Of a DNA stretch of 64,000 nucleotides, positions 29,034 to 35,785 are shown one piece after another (position 1 is the stretch's first letter; each line of letters opens with the position of its first letter). Below the pieces are notes generated by a model. That model did no database searches, was not told where the DNA came from, and saw nothing but the letters and a program-made list of their open reading frames with translations. The position numbers and the translations under genes are program-made. Origin of the DNA: an uncultured virus (IMG/VR IMGVR_UViG_3300050035_000427) (Duplodnaviria > Heunggongvirae > Uroviricota > Caudoviricetes); the IMG/VR virus record IMGVR_UViG_3300050035_000427. One strand, written 5' to 3'.

Positions 29034-29669
29034 TCAGATTACTCGAAAACAGTCACTCGTACAGGAGAAATCCGAGATCAGATGTTTTTCAATCATCTTG
29101 CTATCTGACTCTGCAAACGAGAGGGTTAGATCATCAGCAAGTTTGTTGAGTTGGAATCGAAAGGCCACCAGGTTCTCAGGACTGGATGCCATAATCTTGA
29201 TACGCTGGATGTAGTTGTTAGAGACAGTCTCTGGGAGAGTTGTAAGACCGATTAGTTCTTGCACCTCAGTCAATCTCGGGAGCGGAAAGTCCACATGATT
29301 TATCAGACAGGTGAGCTTGGCCCAAGAGCGAACCCTGTACGAGAGATCCTCCCATCTGGGAGCATCCCGCATAGCAAGATGGTACCTGATGTCTTCCTCC
29401 ATCTGGTGAATATGGAGGTAGTCCAGGCAATTCTCTAGAGACTTGGCATCCAAGCTCAGAAATCTAGCTCTCCGGCGTCGCTTCTCTTCCCGGACCTTCT
29501 GTAGAGAACAGACCGTAGAGTCTGCAATCCCCAAGGCACAGTTCACCAGTTGATCGTACTGAACCAGAGCTAGACTTTTCTCGTCGAATTTCTTGCCTTG
29601 TTCGAGCAGTGAATCGCGAACCTCGTAGAAGTTCTGAACTCCAAGGCTTTCAACGGTCACATTGGACAT
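29034..29669 (-). CDS. hypothetical protein
   Basis: 211-aa ORF. Confidence 0.7.
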   Translation of the reverse strand: MSNVTVESLGVQNFYEVRDSLLEQGKKFDEKSLALVQYDQLVNCALGIADSTVCSLQKVREEKRRRRARFLSLDAKSLENCLDYLHIHQMEEDIRYHLAMRDAPRWEDLSYRVRSWAKLTCLINHVDFPLPRLTEVQELIGLTTLPETVSNNYIQRIKIMASSPENLVAFRFQLNKLADDLTLSFAESDSKMIEKHLISDFSCTSDCFRVI

Positions 29670-29691
29670 GGTATCTATTACTTTTCATCAC

Positions 29692-30054
29692 TCAGAAGAG
29701 ATTGCGGGTTGGCAATCTATTTGGTCGATTTTTAAGCTCAGGGAACTCCGCCAAAGCCTCGCCATCCACTGCGATGTTGGCCGGATTCGGAGAGTCTTCA
29801 ACCTTCTCGCGCTGCTTGTTAGTGTCGCGCTGATTGGTCTGATTCTCCTCTTGAACAATTCCCGTCGTGTCGTACCCATATGCCTTCTTGAGCAATTTTG
29901 AACGGAATCTGAAACCGGCTGTGACGACAGTGAAAGTCTCTCCAGGTTTCGACTGTTTGGAAGCAGACACTTGGGCATTGCTGTCGCTTGTCGATATGAA
30001 CTCCCAAGTTCCAGCAAATTCACCATCCAAGTAATATGTGGCGATGTATTTCAT
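29692..30054 (-). CDS. hypothetical protein
   Basis: GAGGA RBS. Confidence 0.7.
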   Translation of the reverse strand: MKYIATYYLDGEFAGTWEFISTSDSNAQVSASKQSKPGETFTVVTAGFRFRSKLLKKAYGYDTTGIVQEENQTNQRDTNKQREKVEDSPNPANIAVDGEALAEFPELKNRPNRLPTRNLF

Positions 30055-30235
30055 GTCTGTCCTCTAAGAAGAGTACTGTAGTCTCTGTATATGGCCGAAA
30101 TCATCATACTCGACGACATGGCTCGATACAATGCACACCTTGCCAAGTGTGATCAGTGTTGGTATGCTAGATTTTGCTGGGATATGTGTGATAAGGGAAG
30201 GGAATTACAGGAGAAATCGTTTGCGATAAGAGTTT

Positions 30236-30312
30236 TGGCGACCCTGATGGGATTTGAACCCACGTTCCCGGCTTGAGAGGCCAGTCTCCTAGGCCATCTA
30301 GAGGACAGGGTC
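30236..30312 (-). tRNA. tRNA-Glu(CTC)
   Basis: CTGGC-CT CTC AA-GCCGG; CCA. Confidence 0.95.
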
Positions 30313-30325
30313 GTATGTGGAAAGT

Positions 30326-30402
30326 TGGTAGCGTGTATGGGATTTGAACCCATGATTCCCTGCGTGAAAGGCAGATGTCCTTGACCACTAGACGAACACG
30401 CC
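30326..30402 (-). tRNA. tRNA-Glu(TTC)
   Basis: CTGC-CT TTC AC-GCAG; CCA. Confidence 0.95.
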
Positions 30403-30416
30403 ACAGTCAAATTCTA

Positions 30417-30485
30417 TCCCGGATGATTGAGTCGTCCAGCGGTGTTTTCCTGGCATGGATAACGCTGAACAGTTCGACCCGGGAA
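30417..30485 (-). ncRNA. minimal Y-RNA-like RNA
   Basis: TCCCGG/CCGGGA terminal stem, GTCGAA...TTATC motif. Confidence 0.5.
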
Positions 30486-30489
30486 TTTC

Positions 30490-30565
30490 TGGTGGAGATA
30501 ACTGGAGTCGAACCAGTGGCCTCCGCAGTGCGAGTGCGGCGCTCTCCCAACTGAGCTATACCCCC
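30490..30565 (-). tRNA. tRNA-Ala(CGC)
   Basis: CCGCA-CT CGC AC-TGCGG; G3:U70; CCA. Confidence 0.95.
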
Positions 30566-30585
30566 GAAAAACTGCTACAAAACTT

Positions 30586-30661
30586 TGGTGGAGACAGAGG
30601 GGTTCGAACCCCCGACCTCTTGCTTGCAAAGCAGGCGCTCTCCCAACTGAGCTATGCCCCC
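30586..30661 (-). tRNA. tRNA-Ala(TGC)
   Basis: CCTGC-TT TGC AA-GCAAG; CCA. Confidence 0.95.
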
Positions 30662-30767
30662 ACGATGTCAGACAACAGCGCCTGACGGATAAATTCATCA
30701 GCATGAGAGGCGTCGAGTCGAGCCAAGCTCTGATCTCGTCCCTCTGGTTCATACTGCCTTGAAGTCT

Positions 30768-30843
30768 TGGTGGAGATGACAGGGTTCGAACCTGCGACCT
30801 CAACGCTGCCAGCGTCGCGCTCTCCCAACTGAGCTACACCCCC
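30768..30843 (-). tRNA. tRNA-Ala(GGC)
   Basis: CGACG-CT GGC AG-CGTTG; CCA. Confidence 0.95.
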
Positions 30844-30859
30844 ACTATCACGAAGATAC

Positions 30860-31030
30860 CACTGTGCCGCAAGCCTCTTGTGTACGCTATTCAAATCGGC
30901 ATCCAAATGTTCCTTCATGGTTCTCTCCATACTCAATCTTGGAGCGGGTTTCCAGGTTTCCCTGTTTCATGAACTGGCTCCATCCTGCAGGAACAGATAA
31001 CCAGACATGCTTCCTTGCGGAAGCCCGCAT
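30860..31030 (-). ncRNA. orphan structured RNA
   Basis: GCTTCC-GCAA-GGAAGC and CAGG-GAAA-CCTG GNRA hairpins; TGTTCCT/AGGAACA stem. Confidence 0.45.
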
Positions 31031-31040
31031 ATCAAAAAGT

Positions 31041-31117
31041 TGGCGGGGCCGACGAGACTTGAACTCGCGACTTCTTGCGTGACAGGCAAGCACTCTGACC
31101 AGCTGAGCTACGACCCC
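31041..31117 (-). tRNA. tRNA-Asp(GTC)
   Basis: CTTGC-CT GTC AC-GCAAG; CCA. Confidence 0.95.
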
Positions 31118-31911
31118 GCATTGTGCTTGTCATATATCTGAAACAGATCAGAGATAGCCAAGCCAGAAAACTTTTCAGCAAATGCAAATACTTCGGATAG
31201 ATCACTTTCAAAAAGGAAAGTCACATTTGGATGAGCCTTTTGTTTTGCCTCAGTTTGAGCAGAAGGCCATCCCTTGATTTCTATGAGTTTCCCATCCACT
31301 TCAAAGTCAGGAAAGAATTTCTTAAAAGATCCTTGGAATTCGTACTTCAACCCCAGCCTATTTCTCTGGATTGATTTCCCATTTTCTAGACACCAAATCA
31401 AGAAAGCACATTCCCAAGTTGATTGAACTAGAAATCCTCTGAATCTTCCTTGTTTTCCTCTTCCTCCCTTTTCTCGAAAACCACCTATCCTATTTGAGTT
31501 GTGAATACCCAACATCCGAATCATTCGTACACAATCATCCGAGCAAGTTATCCTCCCCTTTAAGGAAGGTTTCCCACAATATTTGCAAGGAACAGGAACT
31601 CGATTTCTGTCCCTTTCCTGCCGCTCTTTGCTTCGTATCTCTAGGATTCTCTTGTGACTTTCAGGACTCCAAGGATTCCTTGAAGCAAAACTACGAGCAC
31701 AGGATATCTTGCAAAACCGTTCTTTCTCTCCCTCCTTAATCTCTTTTTGGAAGGTAGTGTTACAATTCTCGCAAACAAACTGGCAAGTGATCCGATTATT
31801 ACAACAAGGTTTCTTAATTCTAGGTCGCAGAGAACAGTTCCGGATATGCGCTCCCCAAACTTGACCCCTTTCGTTCCCCCTCATCAATCTGCACCACTGG
31901 CACTGACTCAT
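31108..31911 (-). CDS. PD-(D/E)XK-type homing endonuclease inside tRNA operon 2
   Basis: zinc motifs, STWE, FFPDFEVDGKLIEIKGW. Confidence 0.85.
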   Translation of the reverse strand: MSQCQWCRLMRGNERGQVWGAHIRNCSLRPRIKKPCCNNRITCQFVCENCNTTFQKEIKEGEKERFCKISCARSFASRNPWSPESHKRILEIRSKERQERDRNRVPVPCKYCGKPSLKGRITCSDDCVRMIRMLGIHNSNRIGGFREKGGRGKQGRFRGFLVQSTWECAFLIWCLENGKSIQRNRLGLKYEFQGSFKKFFPDFEVDGKLIEIKGWPSAQTEAKQKAHPNVTFLFESDLSEVFAFAEKFSGLAISDLFQIYDKHNAGS

Positions 31912-31913
31912 GA

Positions 31914-31947
31914 TTCCGACCTCCTATAATCAAATAGGAAGTCGGAA
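31914..31947 (-). promoter_or_regulatory. 14-bp hairpin sequestering the endonuclease Shine-Dalgarno
   Basis: UUCCGACUUCCUAU-UUGAUU-AUAGGAGGUCGGAA immediately before ATG. Confidence 0.75.
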
Positions 31948-31954
31948 TTCAAAG

Positions 31955-32026
31955 AGCGGGTAGTCAGATTTGAACTGACGCATGATAGAGTGGAAGTCTA
32001 TTGCCTTACCACTTGGCGATACCCGC
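31955..32026 (-). tRNA. tRNA-Gly(TCC), CCA not encoded
   Basis: ATAGA-CT TCC AC-TCTAT. Confidence 0.9.
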
Positions 32027-32043
32027 AACTTGTACAACAAAAT

Positions 32044-32118
32044 TGGAGCGGCGGATGGGATTTGAACCCACGACCTCTTGCTTGGCAAGCAAATGTTCTA
32101 CCACTGAACTACCACCGC
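32044..32118 (-). tRNA. tRNA-Gly(GCC)
   Basis: TTGC-TT GCC AA-GCAA; CCA. Confidence 0.95.
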
Positions 32119-32123
32119 TCATC

Positions 32124-32234
32124 TGACGTGAATGAGTTTCGATTCATGTCTGGAATGCGCCCCCATAAACCCACCGCGATTGCCCCAATGGGCTTATGGT
32201 GGAGCAGATAACCCAAACACATCGACTCACGTCA
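32124..32234 (-). ncRNA. Y-RNA-like RNA
   Basis: TGACGTGA/TCACGTCA terminal stem, GTCGA...GGGTTATC motif. Confidence 0.6.
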
Positions 32235-32242
32235 TAAATCTC

Positions 32243-32380
32243 TGCACGAACGAAAAGTGAACTTCGTTTTTTAAGGCGTCCTAACCCCTAGACGACAGCC
32301 CCATGATTTGGCGGGGCCACCAGGATTCGAACCTGGGTATCCTCCTTGACAGGGAGAACAAAATTCTGACGGCTCGTGCA
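32243..32380 (-). ncRNA. YrlA-type Y RNA with circularly permuted tRNA-Asp-like domain
   Basis: TGCACGAGC/GTTCGTGCA stem enclosing anticodon arm (CU GUC AA), T arm GGTTCGAATCC, CCCCGCCA, linker, then GGGGCTG and D arm. Confidence 0.75.
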
Positions 32381-32387
32381 AAACCTT

Positions 32388-32465
32388 TGGTGCGCCGTCA
32401 GGGATTCGAACCCCGGACCTACTGCTTGTAAGGCAGCCGCTCTAACCGGACTGAGCTAACAGCGC
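32388..32465 (-). tRNA. tRNA-Val(TAC)
   Basis: CTGC-CT TAC AA-GCAG; CCA. Confidence 0.95.
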
Positions 32466-32478
32466 ACATCTTAGTACC

Positions 32479-32511
32479 AAAACGAAAAGGACAGCCGCTT
32501 GGGCTGTCCTT
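32479..32511 (-). terminator. attenuator intrinsic terminator upstream of tRNA operon 2
   Basis: GGACAGCC-CAAGC-GGCTGTCC followed by TTTTCGTTTT. Confidence 0.85.
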
Positions 32512-32530
32512 GGTTGAATCTCGCTGAAGT

Positions 32531-32635
32531 TTAGCTGATTCGCACCAAGGACAGATGCCCGGTATCCACGCCCTCCGCTGCTTCAGCGGCGACGACCGTT
32601 GCAACTGCTCCGACGAATTCAACCATGCTCTTCAT
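32531..32635 (-). CDS. leader peptide of tRNA operon 2 (MKSMVEFVGAVATVVAAEAAEGVDTGHLSLVRIS)
   Basis: GGAG RBS; 19 of codons 5-26 are GNN; contains antiterminator strand CTGTCCTTGGT. Confidence 0.8.
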   Translation of the reverse strand: MKSMVEFVGAVATVVAAEAAEGVDTGHLSLVRIS

Positions 32636-32915
32636 GACAATCTCCATAATACTACGGATTTGCTCTCCGTAAACTACTATTTTTGCCACCAGGCAAAAGA
32701 TTTCGCGTGTAGGAGGATGATAGCCCAGACACTGGTGACCAGATGTGACTATCACCACTACACGCATCTCAAACTTTGCGACGGAGTTTAGCACCCTCTA
32801 AAGTGTCGCTCACTCCATCGTTCAGGAAGGTTTCGCACTTTCGCGTACACCTACAACCCTGTCATCTAGGACATCGCTGTTATGCTAGTTCATCGAAGCT
32901 CAATTTGTCGGCGAC

Positions 32916-33008
32916 CCGCTCTGGTCGTCCTGCGCTTCTGTTCGATCTTCCGACATGTTTCCATGCCTACCGTCTTCGAATTTCAGACCGCTCTGGTCGT
33001 CCTGCGCT
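32916..33008 (-). repeat. two identical 21-nt direct repeats (AGCGCAGGACGACCAGAGCGG)
   Basis: ccgctctggtcgtcctgcgct at ~32916 and ~32988. Confidence 0.85.
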
Positions 33009-33022
33009 ATCGCCTGATTACC

Positions 33023-33050
33023 TCTACGGAGCAACTTGGGAAAACGGGTA
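33023..33050 (-). promoter_or_regulatory. phage promoter motif copy 6 (tRNA operon 2)
   Basis: TACCCGTTTT-N13-GTAGA. Confidence 0.6.
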
Positions 33051-33407
33051 ATCCTTGTCATCTTTGATGATTTTCACTTCAATGAGAGAGTCTTTAAGCT
33101 GATCGTAAACCTCAGGCGAGATATTGACACAACCCTCAGTCACGTTCCTTCTCTGTAAAGGATCAGCGGAATCCAATCGTTCCTCACGATGCTGAGAAGG
33201 AATTAGAAGCCACGTTCGATGGATAGCATACACTCTGTCTGGTAGCTCATCAAACACAAGAATGTCTCCGCCGTAGCCAGGAGCCTTAGTGCTTTTATGA
33301 ACCACGGAGAAATCACCAGTCGGAGTTAATCTGCCGACCAAGGCCGGGTAGCAGTGGCCTTGGAAACAGATCAACGCCGAGTTGAGAAGAATAAAAGCGA
33401 CGATCAT
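33024..33407 (-). CDS. L,D-transpeptidase-like protein
   Basis: YPALVG..TP.G.F, YAIHRTW, VTEGCVN (His/Cys catalytic pattern). Confidence 0.75.
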   Translation of the reverse strand: MIVAFILLNSALICFQGHCYPALVGRLTPTGDFSVVHKSTKAPGYGGDILVFDELPDRVYAIHRTWLLIPSQHREERLDSADPLQRRNVTEGCVNISPEVYDQLKDSLIEVKIIKDDKDYPFSQVAP

Positions 33408-34402
33408 TACTGGCTAATCTTCTTGGTTTCTTGTGGAAACACGGTGTAAGCAGGAACAGGAACAGGAGTTGGAGACGTAGCTGTCGCCGGCACTGGTGAT
33501 GCTGGAGGCATCGCAACTGTGGGAGTTGTCACAACCTGAGGAGGAATAATGGATTGTGGCTGTTGTGTAACTGGCGCTGCTGGAGATGATGCGACGACTG
33601 GATTCGTCATCTCGGCCACCTGAGCATCGGAGATTTGGACAGCCATAACGATCAGACCTTCTTTGTAAACAGGTCCTGCTGTCGCATGGTTGAGACCAGT
33701 TCCGGCACTGTATGCCTGAGATCCCGTAGCAGCGGAGCCGGTCAAAGCTGCACCGACCGCGCCCATGCCAACTCCCCATCCCGTGGTTGTGGTGCTTGTC
33801 GTTGTCACCTTCTTAACCAAGAAGATACCGTTCGCATGCATGTGCAGCGTCTCGATCACCGCCTTGGCAATCACGTCGATAGTGTTGGATTTCTTTCCAC
33901 CTTGAAGGAAGATGTACCCAACGCGAGAAAACTTGGAGTCATCGAAAACCAGGATCGGTTTTCCATTTTCCTCAACGATTCTCCCATCCTTACCGATGAG
34001 TGCCTTCGTCGGCAGAGACTTGAGAATTTTGCAGGTGCTGAACTGATAACTGCCGTCAGCCATCCTGTTGACTCGTGCCGACACCCCTCCGTTGTACATC
34101 TGCTTGGCCTCGCCGAGAGTGATTTCTTCGGGCAAAGAGACCAGGTTATCCATGATATTGGCGCCTGTGCTCCACGGCCCCAGATACACTTCCACTGGCG
34201 CTTGATAGGGTGCTACTGGTGATGCAAACCACCGACCCGTACTCGGATCAGAAGCTGCATAGTTTTGGTTGACCACCGACGATGACCCTGCTGTTGCTCC
34301 CGATGTTGCTCCGGATGTCGTCATAGTCTGTGCGAATGTCGTAGCCACCGCGAATGCCATTAATGCGATTGTGGTAGCAGCAAGTAACCTCTTCACGTTC
34401 AT
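33407..34402 (-). CDS. secreted/periplasmic protein with signal peptide
   Basis: MNVKRLLAATT...TTFA-Q signal; Gly-rich segment; Pro/Thr-rich tail. Confidence 0.8.
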   Translation of the reverse strand: MNVKRLLAATTIALMAFAVATTFAQTMTTSGATSGATAGSSSVVNQNYAASDPSTGRWFASPVAPYQAPVEVYLGPWSTGANIMDNLVSLPEEITLGEAKQMYNGGVSARVNRMADGSYQFSTCKILKSLPTKALIGKDGRIVEENGKPILVFDDSKFSRVGYIFLQGGKKSNTIDVIAKAVIETLHMHANGIFLVKKVTTTSTTTTGWGVGMGAVGAALTGSAATGSQAYSAGTGLNHATAGPVYKEGLIVMAVQISDAQVAEMTNPVVASSPAAPVTQQPQSIIPPQVVTTPTVAMPPASPVPATATSPTPVPVPAYTVFPQETKKISQ

Positions 34403-34470
34403 AAATCTCCTTTATGTAGGTGGGAGGTTATCCTCCCACCCATCATTGTTGAGGTCAAAACGCAGTAGAA

Positions 34471-35112
34471 CTACGGCTTGAAAGTGGGAGTAATGGACGA
34501 TGTCGACACTGTGGAAGCAACGCTGGTAACAGAGTAGCCTCCGTTCACCCCAGCGATGAGCGTATTGCCCTTGCCAGTGGTGGAACCGGAACCAGTAACC
34601 ACATTTCCAACGGTCGGAGAAGGGCCATTGCCGGCGTACAAGAATGCACCAGAGGTAGCGGTGCTGCCCTGTGCTCCGTTGCTGATGTCACCATTCGAAA
34701 CTCCGGCCACGGTCTGCATGGAACCGCTGCCACTGACAGCCGCAGTGTATCCGTTATTGGCATACACAGCTACGCCAGCGGTGTTCTGGGTGTTTCCAAA
34801 TGTGGTCGCGCTATGGTCGGTGAGAGATCCATTGACCGTCGAACTGCCGGTGACCCGTGCTGTTCCGTTCGCGCCGTCGTTGTACTGCCATGAACTGGTG
34901 GGAACTGCAACATTCGTGCCGGTGAACGAAGCCGCACTGATCTGACCGCCACCTGCACCATAATAACCAGCCGAATTGGTCTGGTTAACGACAGCGTTGT
35001 TGATCTGGGTCGTACTTCCGGATACGACGACGGGATTCTGAGCAATTGCCATCGTTCCGGCGGCAATGAGCGCAGCAATGGTCAACGTGCTAAATGCAAA
35101 CATCTTTTTCAT
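34471..35112 (-). CDS. secreted Gly/Ser/Thr/Asn-rich protein
   Basis: MKKMFAF...AIA-Q signal peptide; AGGAG RBS. Confidence 0.8.
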   Translation of the reverse strand: MKKMFAFSTLTIAALIAAGTMAIAQNPVVVSGSTTQINNAVVNQTNSAGYYGAGGGQISAASFTGTNVAVPTSSWQYNDGANGTARVTGSSTVNGSLTDHSATTFGNTQNTAGVAVYANNGYTAAVSGSGSMQTVAGVSNGDISNGAQGSTATSGAFLYAGNGPSPTVGNVVTGSGSTTGKGNTLIAGVNGGYSVTSVASTVSTSSITPTFKP

Positions 35113-35219
35113 AAACTCTCCTAAAGCGAGACGCTGGTTGTGAGATTACCTCGATGGGCAATCTAGTGAACTACTTCGCGATTCCGCGATAGGATCTTAC
35201 GGCATCGCACTACGGAACT

Positions 35220-35247
35220 TCTACGAGTATCAATTTCAAAACGGGTA
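35220..35247 (-). promoter_or_regulatory. phage promoter motif copy 7
   Basis: TACCCGTTTT-N13-GTAGA. Confidence 0.6.
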
Positions 35248-35431
35248 CATCCTGCAGAATGTTTTTCATAATTTTCATCATGTAGGATTATCTCTTCCAA
35301 CGCTTTCGTTGGCGACCGCTCAGGTCTTCCCGCGCATCAGGTTTAGTCCTTGTGAGATTGCACCCTGATCGCACTTGGTAGACCGGCGCTGGTCGCCCAA
35401 CGAGACTCTACGCAATAAGTTATGGAAACGG

Positions 35432-35683
35432 TTACAGAGCAGTATCCTTCGGAGGCTGAGGCTGCTCTTTGGGAGGCAAGCTAGCAGTCTTGAAGACCGG
35501 AGGAGGCAAGTTGGCAGTGAAGCTCTTGAAGTCTGCAATCAGCAAATTCAAGAACTTGTAGATGAAGACGTACCAACCGCTCGATGCCGTAGTTGGAACT
35601 GGCAGAGACTGAATCAAAGCTGAGGCAACCTGATTTACCACGTAGAAAATCAGAAGCCATTGGACAGGAATTGTTGTCGACAT
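35432..35683 (-). CDS. small membrane protein
   Basis: hydrophobic segments; start MSTTIP. Confidence 0.6.
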   Translation of the reverse strand: MSTTIPVQWLLIFYVVNQVASALIQSLPVPTTASSGWYVFIYKFLNLLIADFKSFTANLPPPVFKTASLPPKEQPQPPKDTAL

Positions 35684-35785
35684 AAGAACCCCCACTGGAG
35701 AGGGGTTGGAAATCAAAAAGAGGGTGTAAGAATCCTCCTCCACAGAGAATCCCTACACCCTAACCCGCAAAATACTTCAAGTTTC

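Noticed and set aside
7372..29108. Long plus-strand ORFs such as 7372-8193, 16601-17269, 20661-21548 and 28404-29108
   Set aside because: Antisense shadows of well-supported minus-strand genes, with no motifs or RBS.
30685..30700. Hammerhead ribozyme suggested by CTGATGA on the minus strand
   Set aside because: No correctly placed GAAA core or three-stem junction.
30153..31093. ORF-track proteins over tRNA operon 2
   Set aside because: Spurious translations of tRNA/ncRNA sequence.
32276..32355. Ordinary tRNA-Asp gene
   Set aside because: The halves are in permuted order and enclosed by a Y-RNA-like stem, so it was treated as YrlA-like.
32916..33008. Mini-CRISPR (two 21-nt repeats, ~51-nt spacer)
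   Set aside because: Only two short repeats, no cas genes in the window, and embedded in a closed RNA structure.
32470..33015. tmRNA, RNase P RNA or group I intron
   Set aside because: No tRNA-Ala-like ends, tag reading frame, RNase P P4 consensus or P7 core recognised. It is better explained as a leader plus attenuator.
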